Below are positions 8,905 to 20,200 of a DNA stretch of 62,432 nucleotides, piece after piece (positions within the stretch are counted from its first letter, which is position 1; every line of letters starts with the position of its first letter). The stretch covers positions 1 through 62,432 of the IMG/VR virus record IMGVR_UViG_3300037882_001611; one strand, given 5' to 3'. Origin of the DNA: a virus. Taxonomy: Duplodnaviria; Caudoviricetes. Below the pieces are notes generated by a model. That model saw nothing but the letters and a program-made list of their open reading frames with translations, was not told where the DNA came from and did no database searches. Both the position numbers and the translations under genes were made by a program.

Positions 8905-11607
8905 ATGGGTCTCTTTGGAAGTAAGAAGATTTATGTTGCTTCTACTGTCCGTAATATGGCCGGTGATGAACTCAAGCGTCCAAATTATCTAAAGACAACT
9001 ATCATTGGTAATATAATTGCTAACAACAAACAGGGTGCAGGAGATGTGATTCAACGGTCTTATATAAATGGACCGGGAATCAAACTTCGAAACTTTTTTC
9101 GTTGGGCGCAAAATAATTATGATTTGATCGGTTTACCGACTTCAACAATCAGTGCTGATATTGGTACCGATGCAAGTGTTGTTGATCCTGAAATTTCTTT
9201 AAGTCTCGGTGAAAATGCAGTCACCCAAGATATTCAGATCTCAGTAGCTGACTTCAGTTTCTGGGCCGAGCAGTGGATGATGGAAAATCATCCTGATCTA
9301 CTCGATACAGATTGGGAAGCTGACTATAATGAAGCTACCGATGAAATCATTATTCTTTTTGAAGACGCAACGACCGCATCTTTTACTCCAGTGGATTATG
9401 TGAAAGGTAGTTTATATCTTTTTGCAACCTATGTGAAATCTACTGATGGTTATGAAGAAGATGTAGTGCTTGGTGATGTTGTTGATTTGGATCTAAGTGA
9501 TCCATTTCCCAGTGTAACTGGGTGGACCAATGATAGCTCAACGTCATCTTTAATAGATGAAACATTGGATAATCTGACAACAACATTGATCACATATTCA
9601 GATGGGCGACCTGATGAATATTCAGAAACCAGTGGTTCTACTATTGGTTCCTATACGTATATCAACAACATTTATCACGTGGATGAATACAAAGGTTCAA
9701 CTCTAACTACTGGTGGTAGCGAAACCTATAAGACTCGAAAGTTTATGCTACAGTCTCAAACTGGAACTGTGGCTGACAAAGCACCTGAAATCACGACAAC
9801 TGTAACCACAGTGCCTGGTCTAAATCCCGGTGATCCTGATGTAACAAAGACCACCGTAGTTACGGTTTACGATCAAGAAGTCATAGTTGAGAAATCCTAT
9901 CGTATAGATGAACAACGGATCGTCATTAAGACGTGGGAAGGTCCGTTTATGTTCATCTATAAGATAGGTTCGGGTAATGCTAATCTTGATGTTCTTGTAA
10001 CGGAAACCTCTGATGATGGAGAATTCTTTCCGTTTATTCCTATTCGTTTAGATAATAAGTTTCTGTCCTCAACTTATCACAATCCAGAATATCTCATTGC
10101 TAAAAAGGCATTGAAAAAAGCTGTTGGTGGTAAGATGGATGATATTATAGAATCGTTGAACGATACAGAAAATCTTGATGATATCGATTATGCGTATGCG
10201 TTTTTCGGCGTATCAGCAAATGTGCTTGATAATTCAGCACGGAAATATATGTATTTGTTTTTTGATCGTTTAAAGAACACTTCAACAAATACGTCCGAAA
10301 CAGACTATGCTGTTTATCAGCTTTTGATTGATGCGTTTAATGATGCGAATGATGATTGGTTAGCTTGGCAGGCTGCACAAGCAGATTCTCTGGATCCTTT
10401 ATATGGAGCACCTGAACCAACGATCCCTCCATATCCTTCGTTGCCTTTGTCTGGTGTTCGCATTCAGGCAACCGGAACTGGTGGACTGAACAACAATCTC
10501 GACATGCAGCTTTCATGGCAATCGATGACTGGGGTCACTGGTTCTGGAGTTGGAAAGCCGGATGCTAAACGTGGAGACGTTTGGTTTGAACTCGGTGTGA
10601 CTGATGTTATTCCGGGGAAGTTGTGGAAAAAAGCAGGAGAAATGACAAAATCATCCAAGCTGATCGATAAAATTCGAATATATCATCAAGTGGAAACTGA
10701 TGAATGGGAAGCTATTGATATTGTCGGAATGATTCATCGAAACTATATCTATAAGGGTAAGTTCGTTGAGATCACTTTACGTGAAGGAATCGTGGATACC
10801 GAAGATTCAGGTTTTTTGGTTCCACTTCATTATCCAACTTTTCGAACGATGTCTTTGATCGATTCTACACAAATGAGTACAGCTTGCACGTTTCTCGTGT
10901 TTAACTCCTATGTTGTGAAGAAAACTGGTCTCCTTGGTTCTCTATTCTTCAAAATCTTACTAATCGTAATTATTATTGCTGTAGTCGTATTTGCACCTCA
11001 ACTTGCTCCAGCGACCGTAAAAGCGGCTGTAGCAACTGGTACTGCACTGGGTTTAAGTGGCACACTAGCATTGATTGTTGGTGCTGCTATTAACGCAGTT
11101 GCTGGTATGATTATCAGTTCACTCATAATGAAAGCATCTACTGCTGTTTTTGGTAAAAAACTTGGTCTTATTATTGGAACGATCATCAGTATTGCTGCGA
11201 TGAACGGTTTAGGTAATTTAGCTAATGGTCAAGGTTTCACCATAAATTTTGGTAATATATTAAGTGCCCAAAATTTAACGATGCTTACTTCGTCAATTGG
11301 TAATGTCTATGCTAAGCTTGTAGCAATGAATACTATGGACACTGTGCAAGACACACAGAAGCTGATCGAGCAATATGAGAAAGATTCAAAGAGAATTACA
11401 GAACTCTTTGCACAAAATTTTGGTTATGGTAATGGGGTCATAGATCCTCTCCAACTGCTCGACAGCAGTCAGGTTATGGTAGAGTACGCCGACACCTTTT
11501 TGAGTCGAACTCTTCTCACCGGCACTGACATTGCGGAGATGTCCATGGATATGCTGGGAGCTTTCTCTGACATCACATTGAGTAATGATTTGCCTTTGGG
11601 CAGTTAA
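8905..11607 (+). CDS. N4 gp53-like large virion protein
   Basis: 900 aa with a C-terminal hydrophobic Ala/Gly-rich region; position in the N4 gene order. Confidence 0.7.
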   Translation: MGLFGSKKIYVASTVRNMAGDELKRPNYLKTTIIGNIIANNKQGAGDVIQRSYINGPGIKLRNFFRWAQNNYDLIGLPTSTISADIGTDASVVDPEISLSLGENAVTQDIQISVADFSFWAEQWMMENHPDLLDTDWEADYNEATDEIIILFEDATTASFTPVDYVKGSLYLFATYVKSTDGYEEDVVLGDVVDLDLSDPFPSVTGWTNDSSTSSLIDETLDNLTTTLITYSDGRPDEYSETSGSTIGSYTYINNIYHVDEYKGSTLTTGGSETYKTRKFMLQSQTGTVADKAPEITTTVTTVPGLNPGDPDVTKTTVVTVYDQEVIVEKSYRIDEQRIVIKTWEGPFMFIYKIGSGNANLDVLVTETSDDGEFFPFIPIRLDNKFLSSTYHNPEYLIAKKALKKAVGGKMDDIIESLNDTENLDDIDYAYAFFGVSANVLDNSARKYMYLFFDRLKNTSTNTSETDYAVYQLLIDAFNDANDDWLAWQAAQADSLDPLYGAPEPTIPPYPSLPLSGVRIQATGTGGLNNNLDMQLSWQSMTGVTGSGVGKPDAKRGDVWFELGVTDVIPGKLWKKAGEMTKSSKLIDKIRIYHQVETDEWEAIDIVGMIHRNYIYKGKFVEITLREGIVDTEDSGFLVPLHYPTFRTMSLIDSTQMSTACTFLVFNSYVVKKTGLLGSLFFKILLIVIIIAVVVFAPQLAPATVKAAVATGTALGLSGTLALIVGAAINAVAGMIISSLIMKASTAVFGKKLGLIIGTIISIAAMNGLGNLANGQGFTINFGNILSAQNLTMLTSSIGNVYAKLVAMNTMDTVQDTQKLIEQYEKDSKRITELFAQNFGYGNGVIDPLQLLDSSQVMVEYADTFLSRTLLTGTDIAEMSMDMLGAFSDITLSNDLPLGS

Positions 11608-11626
11608 GATTGAAAGGTTAAATTAA

Positions 11627-12139
11627 ATGTCCAATCCTTTTTTCCTTCCAGCATCAACTTTTAGTGTTGGTCCCGGAAGCACGTCTACTGGGATTACTTC
11701 TGCTAAAGATTTGATGTTTGGTGTTCCCGGTTATAGTAACTCTGAATCCTTGGATAATATGAACCGTGGTGATATTGCTGCACAAATGGCTGATGTGATC
11801 GGTATCACCTCACGCAATATGCTGAAGCCAAGCGGAGGCATTGGCGGATCTGCGGCTGGTTCAAGTTCTGGCTTTGGTGCTAACCTCGACACAGCCAGAT
11901 TGGCTATGACTGGCTTGGGAACCATCGGTAACTTGTGGGCTGCATTTCAGGCTCAGAAGCTTGCCAAGAAGCAATTTGCTTTTACGAAACGGATTACTGA
12001 AGCAAACCTCGCCAACCAAGTTCAGTCATACAATACGACGCTTGAAGATCGTGGTCGTTCTCGTGCTTTTGCCGAAGGACAGAGTGCTTCTGATGCTCAG
12101 GCATATATCAACAAGAATCGTCTGACCACTGGAGGTTAA
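11627..12139 (+). CDS. N4 gp52-like small virion/ejection protein
   Basis: Gly/Ser-rich; NLANQVQSYNTTLEDR motif; synteny. Confidence 0.7.
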   Translation: MSNPFFLPASTFSVGPGSTSTGITSAKDLMFGVPGYSNSESLDNMNRGDIAAQMADVIGITSRNMLKPSGGIGGSAAGSSSGFGANLDTARLAMTGLGTIGNLWAAFQAQKLAKKQFAFTKRITEANLANQVQSYNTTLEDRGRSRAFAEGQSASDAQAYINKNRLTTGG

Positions 12140-12142
12140 TTT

Positions 12143-14176
12143 ATGGCTATGCTAAATTGGCATAATGTCGATGCGCCAGACTTTCGAACCAGTCTGGAAG
12201 GCTATCAGACTTTCAGTAAATTGCTGGATAACGCTTTTCGTGGTGCCAATGAAGGTATCAACACATTTGACGCTTCTCTCAATGAGAAGGCAAATACGGC
12301 TGTCATTGCTGCTGCGATGCGTGAACGTGATCCTGAAGCATATCAAGCTGCACTTGCTTCAGGTCAGTTTATTGAAGGTATCGATCCTAATCGAGTATCG
12401 GCACAGACCTACTCTGCTCTGAACACTCAAGCGAGTTCTCTTCTGAACCAAGCAACCCAGTCTCAGCAATTGGGTGATCTGAAGTATGCTTCAAACCAGA
12501 GTAAAGCATTCGATCAGTTTGGTGATGAATATCAACAGATTGAAGCTCTTCGTCGTACTGGCACTCCTGAAGCAAATGCTGAAGCAGACCAGCTTATGGC
12601 TTCGCTCCGTCCTCAGCTTAGTGCTGTTGGTACTCGGAATGTAATGACTCTTATCAAAGGGTTCAATGATTCCGAGTTGTTTGGTGTAGACATAAAGGGT
12701 CGTCGTGAAGAACAGAAGTGGGCTGCCAATCGTGATCAACGAGATGACACCCGCCTTGGTTATGAAAAAACCCGTCTCGGTTACGAAGGTGATCGTCTCG
12801 GAATGGAGAAAGGTCGGTATGACTGGGAAGTCAGTGATCGGAATGATGTAAAAGCTGGTCAAGCTGCATTCATGGCAATGCAGGGACGATCTATGGATCG
12901 TGAAACAGCACTATCAGCTTTTAATTCTCCGGAGTTTGCAAAACTCACTCCGGGAGCAAAAATGTATGCTCTTCAGCAACTTAATAATAGCTGGGGTAAT
13001 ATTTATACACCGGAACAGCTTGGAGATGCTGCCGGATTTACTCCATCAACAGGTGGATTGTCTGGTTTAGTCGGTGCTGAATCTGGGGGAAATTGGGGTG
13101 CGCTAAATAGTGAAGGTTATGGGGGTCGTCTCCAGTTTGGTGACACTCGTTTGGCTGATGCTGCAAAAGCAGGTGTAGTCCCGAAAGGAACTACCGGGGC
13201 ACTATTTTCTAAAATGTCATCTGCTCAACAAATGAAAGTTGAAAATTGGCATTTTCAAGATATTGATAAACAGGCAAATGCTCTTGGTATATCACGCTAT
13301 ATCGGTCAAGCTATTGCTGGAGTCCCTATTACTCGTGATAGTATCAGGGCGATGGCCCATCTTGGTGGAATAGGTGGGGTTAAAAAATTTATAGAATCAG
13401 GGGGTAAAATTGATCCCGCTGATTCTAATGGAACTAAACTCTCTGATTATGGTCGTCGTTTTGGAAGATCTTCAAGTGCTTCTCCTACTTCTATCATTAC
13501 AAGTGCTCAGCTTCGTTCTGGTCAGGAAAAGGTAAACAAAACTTCTGCTTCAAAACTTTTGGCATCGGCTGCAAGCGAAGCAGGTGTTCAGGATGTAGTT
13601 GCTGAACTCCGTAAGGGTAAATTTGCCGATACTTCACAGAAATTCCTAAAAGAACGTCTGGATGAAATTGTACGTAATGGTCGAACGGCTGACGGTCGAT
13701 ATACAATTACCTATGCACAGGCTGGTGACATCCTTAATTCTTCCCTTACTGAAAATAATAACAGTTGGGGAATTACTAACTGGTTGTCTGGTAATTCAGT
13801 ACGAGTTAGTAAGGATGGTTGGCGTTTGAACGACGATACTGTTAAAGCAGAAACTGATCGTGTTCGTAGTGGTGGCCTTATTCGTGATTTGAGTAATGAC
13901 CAAGGTCGTCAGGTTGATATGCAGGCATTAGGCGCAGCAAGTGCCCAACTATCTGCGGCTCGACAAGCATATCAAGCTGCACTGATGCGGATTCCTGTGC
14001 AGCCGGGTCTTCAAGCTGAACTGCCTCGTCTCCAAGCTCGTATGCAGGCAGCTCAAGCTGCTTTCGATCAACTTTCAAATACAGTGGAACCTCGTAATGC
14101 TCCGAACTTTGCACCACCTTCGGAGGTGCCGGGTAAAGCTCCAACTGCTAAGACGTTTTATCGCCGTGGTGGGTAA
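12143..14176 (+). CDS. Virion ejection protein (gp51 position) with a lytic-transglycosylase-like domain
   Basis: Internal GAESGGNWGA...GRLQF...AMAHLGG segment resembles the lysozyme-like SLT fold; directly upstream of vRNAP. Confidence 0.65.
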   Translation: MAMLNWHNVDAPDFRTSLEGYQTFSKLLDNAFRGANEGINTFDASLNEKANTAVIAAAMRERDPEAYQAALASGQFIEGIDPNRVSAQTYSALNTQASSLLNQATQSQQLGDLKYASNQSKAFDQFGDEYQQIEALRRTGTPEANAEADQLMASLRPQLSAVGTRNVMTLIKGFNDSELFGVDIKGRREEQKWAANRDQRDDTRLGYEKTRLGYEGDRLGMEKGRYDWEVSDRNDVKAGQAAFMAMQGRSMDRETALSAFNSPEFAKLTPGAKMYALQQLNNSWGNIYTPEQLGDAAGFTPSTGGLSGLVGAESGGNWGALNSEGYGGRLQFGDTRLADAAKAGVVPKGTTGALFSKMSSAQQMKVENWHFQDIDKQANALGISRYIGQAIAGVPITRDSIRAMAHLGGIGGVKKFIESGGKIDPADSNGTKLSDYGRRFGRSSSASPTSIITSAQLRSGQEKVNKTSASKLLASAASEAGVQDVVAELRKGKFADTSQKFLKERLDEIVRNGRTADGRYTITYAQAGDILNSSLTENNNSWGITNWLSGNSVRVSKDGWRLNDDTVKAETDRVRSGGLIRDLSNDQGRQVDMQALGAASAQLSAARQAYQAALMRIPVQPGLQAELPRLQARMQAAQAAFDQLSNTVEPRNAPNFAPPSEVPGKAPTAKTFYRRGG

Positions 14177-14205
14177 TCTCCACTACAACAGCATGTTGGA
14201 AAAAA

Positions 14206-14238
14206 GAAAACCCTCGGCCTTGATGACCGAGGGTTTTC
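14206..14238. terminator. Bidirectional-type intrinsic terminator
   Basis: GAAAACCCTCGG / CCGAGGGTTTTC inverted repeat. Confidence 0.75.
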
Positions 14239-14277
14239 GATTTAATGATCTAAACATTCTTCAGATCAGGACGCGTC

Positions 14278-17200
14278 ATGGCTACCAATTATCAGGACAT
14301 TCTGAACCAATATCTTGCTGCTAACCCGATAACCAATCCTGATATTTTCGGAACGCCTGTTCCGAAAGTTCAACAGGTTGAAGAAGCAACAAATCAAAAA
14401 CGTCGAGAAGCCTACGCACTTTCAAGTATGGCGGCTGATGGATCTGGTTATAGATCAGCTTCTCAACGTGATCGTGATTACGTCATGATGACTCCATATC
14501 AGTTTCAAGCAAAATATGGTGAGGAAGTTGCAAGAAATCTTCAAGCAGACGTGTCCAATATGGATGCTGCTCGTCGTGGTGATATTCAAGGTCGTCGAGA
14601 TGGTATCACTACACTTGGCGATACTATCAACTCGGCTGGTATGGGCTTTGTAAACAGTTTGGGTGGTATTGCTGCTTTTGGCCTTGGTTTGGTTAATGAT
14701 GATGCTGGTGTTTGGACTTCTCGTAAGCTGGGCGATCTGAATGAATTTACACAGAGTTTTCAATCAGATCAGCTTAATGCTGCTCGTCGATCTTATGGTG
14801 TTCAGCAAGAACTTGATACCCGTGATAATGCAGCGAATTACGAACAGAACCGTAAAAGATTTGGTGATACTGTAGCTAATCTATGGCGTGTTGGTGCTGA
14901 TGTAGTCAACAGTGTTGGTAATTCTTTTGATACACCAATGCTTGCGCAAGACACCATTGCTTCCGGTGTTGGTTCACTCTTTGCAGGTGGACCTATTGCT
15001 AAGGGTTTGAAGGTTATTGGTTCGGCTGCGGTCAAGGGAGCTACGATAGCTCGCCCTTCGTTGTTGCTCAGTGAAACAGCGGGTAAAGCTGTGTCTATTG
15101 GTTCGAAGGCAGCAATGCCTGCTGCTATTGGTTTGATGGAAGGTGGTGGTGCATACCAGCAGACGGCTGAAGCTGCGTATGAACAGCTCCGAACTCGTGA
15201 AGACCTCACTGAAGATCAAAAGATTGAGATGGCAAACAATGCTGCTCTGAAGGCAGCAGCTATTCAGATACCCATAGGTGTCGCCACAGGCTCGTTGGTG
15301 AGTCGTTTTGAAGCATCCCCTCTCCGAGTACCTACAGTTCGTGGAGCAGCTTCAAACATGCTCAAAGAGACTGTGGAAGAAGGTGTTCAATCAGGATCAG
15401 GTCAGCTTGCTCAAAATGTAGCTCTATCTCAGGAAGTCAATCCTGAGCAGGATCTTTTGCAAGGTGTAGGTGAGCAGATCGGTCTTGGTGCTTTGGGTGG
15501 TGCTGGTTCAGCCGGTGTGGTGCAAGCTCCGGGTGTTGCTTTGCGTGCGTCTGTTGAGACAGCAAAGCTCCCATTTCGTGCAGCAGGTGCTGCCCTGTCC
15601 TATGCTGGTGATCGTATTAAGGCCCGGAACCAAAGGGTCCAAGACGATGTTTTGGTAGGTCTTCATGATGAAGCGACGATAGCGGCTCCGGATGCTCAAA
15701 TTGAAGCTGATCAAATCATCGGAGCATCAGATGCACCTGAAGAGGTGAAAGCGACTGCTCGGAATTTTGTTGCACAAACAATAGAACGTCTGTCAAATTC
15801 GACTGCTATTCAAGAAGTAGCAAAGCGTGTTACGAATGTTAAAACAGATATTCGTGAACGTCTGGGAGCTTTAAGTGAACTATCTCCAATGGTTCATGAA
15901 AGTGAAGCTACACAAAATCAGGAAACTCCTGAGGTTTTGCAAGGATCATTGATCCAGTCCATAAAAGATGTAGTAGCAAACACTGTGCAATCTGAAAGTG
16001 TTCAGAAAGCAAAAGAACAAGGAATAAAGCTTTACGAAAAGTATGCTCCAATCATCAATGATGAAATGAAAGCTGCTCTTAAAAAGTTCGATGCTCATTT
16101 GGCAAAGCATGGAAATGAGGTAGCATCTAATCTACCTTCTATTGAAGTTACAGTGAATGATGTTCAGAGTGAATTGAACAAGAGCACTCAGCTTATTGTT
16201 GGTATGGCTGAACAAACTCCGGAGCAAGTTGATCCTGATGTTGCAGATCGTATCCTGTACCATTCAGAAAATGGTGGGATCAATCTGACAGCTCCGCAGA
16301 AAGTAACTTTGCGTTCTGCTTCTGCTACAGCCCGTGCTGTTCAGAAGGGTAGTGAGCTGGCGTCAAAATACGGCTTAGTTAATGCTGCGGAAGTATCTCG
16401 TCAGGTATTGACGAGTGCGCCGAAGGAAGACAGTAACTTGTCGTTGTATGGCCATCTTGAAGAAATTCGGATGGCGTATAATTCGGGTGATCTCGATCTT
16501 GCTACCCAGCGTTTCGCTGATCTTCGCAGCTTTGCTCAAAGCCAGAGCAATAAGGTCGCTGCCTTTAATCAAGCTTTGATTGGTGGTAATACGAGCAGTC
16601 ATCGACCAGTCGTCTATGACGCCCATGTCGGTGAAGGGAAGTTTCGACCCACTTCCACAAGTAGGGTCAATCTCAGTCCTACCAGCGCCAACTCGATCAA
16701 AATTGCTCAACAAGTGGCCGTAGAAGCTGTCACCCTTGCTAATGCTGTGAACAACTTGAGTGACGCTTTCCCCGATCTCGGTATCGAGCACATCGCTGTT
16801 CCTTTGCTTGATGTCTCTTTGAATGGTGAAGCAACTACCGTCGCTCAGGAATATCGTACTGGGAAACGAAAGGTTTCTGTCAACACAACAGACAGTGTGC
16901 AGACTGGGTTGGAGCCGGTAATTGACGTAAACAACGTCGAAAACATCGGTGCTGAGGTCATGAAAGAGCAAGGGGGTCAATCCTCTGAGTTTGATGAAGC
17001 AGGGGCTTCGATTTCTGATCCGGGTCAGGTCGTCAGTGAACAAACGGAACAGACTGAAGTTGAACCTGATAGTGCAAAAATGCAACAGTCGGAAGAAATT
17101 TCAGAGCCTAAGCAGACTGAAGAAATTGCTTCTTCGGAGCAGAACCAAAAAGAGGGAGCTGATGCTCCCAAAGAGCAAGCTCCTGAAGTCGTTCAGGAAA

Positions 17201-20200
17201 AGCCTGCGATCAACACCGATGAGCAGGAAGCTCAGACGGTTGAGAAGATGTATCCGGCTCTCCTTGGTTCCAAGATGAACCGACTTTGGCGTTCGTTCAA
17301 AATTCCGAAGATCAAATCAACTCGGACGTTCGCTGTCGAAAGTCCGATTACGATTGTGCGTGATGGTCTAAAAAATGAAACGACTTTCCGTCAATTGATT
17401 GATGGAGATCTGAACCGTAAGTTCACATCTGAAATTGCTAAAGCATACGAACAATATCTCCAAATTGGAGATGCATTGTTGGAAACTTTGGATAATCGTC
17501 TTCAGGCATTTTTGAATAAATCCGCTACAAAAAAAGCTGGTATTGACAATGCTATAACTTGGCTAAATGGTCAGGCGGTAAATATTGTTGATCAAAATGA
17601 AGACGGATCATATTCGTATAATCAAAAGCTCATCGAGAATGCTGTGCTGGCCAGTCTTCAATGGTATCTGAAGATGAACCAGTATGGTGGTAATCTGGAT
17701 GAAAAGGATGTACGCAGTCTCCTTCGTCTTCCGATTGGTTCTGTATTGCCTGAAGGTCTTGTCGATGACATCAACAATGCTGGTATGGGGCCAGCCGAGA
17801 TGTCTCGTTCATTGTCTCGTGAGATCCAGCGTTTCTGGGGTTTGGAAACTGACAGCTCACAACCTCGGAATTTCTCAGAAGGTGTTCCTGAAGGTGTAGC
17901 CAAGGAAATCCTTGTTGCCATGCTCGATGTTGGTTTGTTGAAACTGAACGAAGTAGACATTTCGAGCGTCACAACAAACGAGAATATTGATCATCTTAAT
18001 CGCTATCAGATGAACACGGTAGATGCAGATGGAAAGACAAAAGTCATTCCTGCTGATCATCCTATTCGTCAATTTCCTACAGCTATTGAAAAAGCTGTTC
18101 TGACTGAAAGTGAAGAGATTCATTATCTCGGTCAACTCCCCCCTGCTCCATCGAAAACACAACTTCGAAACGACGCTGTGGAGAATACTCCTGAACAGCT
18201 TCGTTCGCTTGAAAAGCAGCAAGCAGTTGAGCATCGATTGAACATGCCATTTATTGAAATGATTCAACAGATGGGTGAGGTAATGGTACTTCGCTTATTT
18301 GGTGGTGGAGATATTGAAAACACTCCACTAAACCAAAATCATAAGAAGACTCTTGCTGGGCAGAATCTTACACTACAATCAGCCTATCTGTCGATCATGT
18401 CATTGGTTGCTGAAGCTCAGAATAAAGCTGATCTGGATGGTATCGATATAGGTGATCTGGCGATTCACTTTGCTTATAATGACACAGTGGTGAACCGTGC
18501 CCAGATGTTGGGTAAGGATAATCCTCAATCGAACAAGTTGATGCGTGAAGCAATTTTGCCGACTTGGAAAATTCTGGATTTAACAAATGGATCTGTTCGA
18601 GATCAGTTTTTCATGGGTCTGGCTCAGGCTTTAGGTGTGAAAGTTCATACGCAATCTCGTGAACAGACAATGAGTGATCTTCAGAAGAAGCTAGATGGTT
18701 TCACTGAAACACTCTCAATTATGACTGATACCAGTCAATTGAAGTTCACTCCGGAAATCATCGATACGATGAAGTCTGAAGGTGTAAATAGCGTTGCTGG
18801 TTTGCACGCTTTGATGGAATATGCTCGATATCAGGCTTCAGAAGATAAATCTGCTTTCCGTACTTCAATCTATTTTGAAGCAGATGGCGTTACCAATGGT
18901 GTTATCAATGCCATGGCTCTATTCTCATCTGGACCATTTACTTCTGAATGGTTGGAGAACATCGCTCGCGGTGGATATAATGTTGGAGAAGAACCACTTT
19001 CGTTGGCTCAAATTCGAACTCGTTTTTCGAAGGCTGCTGCTGACCTTTATGGTTTGGCCGGAACGAAAACGACTGAATATATAAAAATGCTTCGTGAGAA
19101 GTACCGAGATCAAAAAGAAATCACTGCTCAGTTTAATGCGATTCGTGATCTGCTAACTGAGTTTCTTAGTGATGGTATCGGAGTCAATGAGAACAACGAT
19201 TTGATCGTTGATCGTGGTGCTGTGAAAAATCCGCTTACTATAACAATTTATGGTGCGGGCGCTGAAGGCATTGCCGGTAACATTGTTGATGAATTGGTGT
19301 CGAGGATTTACGAACGTATGTCTTTGACAGCACAGCGTATTGCTGAAGATCCTGATCTAACTGAAGCTCAAGCATTTTACGGTGGTGATGTTCAGACTGC
19401 TGAAATCAAGTTCAAACAATTGATGTCGAATTTGAATGCTATTGTTGCTAATCGTCTTGTGATGAACGATGGTGAACTTGTAGTAGAAAACATTATCAAA
19501 GGTAGTGCAAAAACTTTTGGTGATCCAAAGGCTTTCACATTTCCGAAAGTCGGAATCGATACGATCCGACAAAATATGCTTCATGCTTTTGTCGAACCAA
19601 TGATTGATGGTATCACTGATACAGTTGGTGCTGATCTGATGAACAATCTGACGATCATCAAGACACAAATTCAATCATGGTCTCTGATCGGTAAATTTGC
19701 TTATCAAGCAGCGTATAACGAAGCTATTTTGGAGAAGCGAAAAGCTAATCCAGAAATGAGTAAGAATGAGTTGCTTAGCCGTCGTGAAGAACAGACGATC
19801 ATGAAAAAAGTTTGGAAACAACTTCCATTTTTTTCAACTGGTTCACAAAACTTCTTGTTTGGTATGAAGCAAGCAATGGATGTTCGTACCGAATTTGCTC
19901 GTGGTTTCAATGATGAATTGAATACTCCAGCATTTGGTTATACGCCTGATGATGCAGGTGTTGCTGGTATTCCGGGTATCACTATTGGTACTGGTGATGG
20001 TCAGACTGTGCTCAATGCTATCGCTGATTCTGATATGCCCGAAGGCTTTATTCAGATCTTTGATGGCATTCACTCGTCAGTGCTTGATATGGAGACTATG
20101 GGTCGTGTTGCCAACAAAGCGGTGTTTGATGCATGGCAGAACAATCCGCTCGATGATCTGTCGAAGGCGTTTGGTTCTTTCGTCGATCAGGTGGACCTGT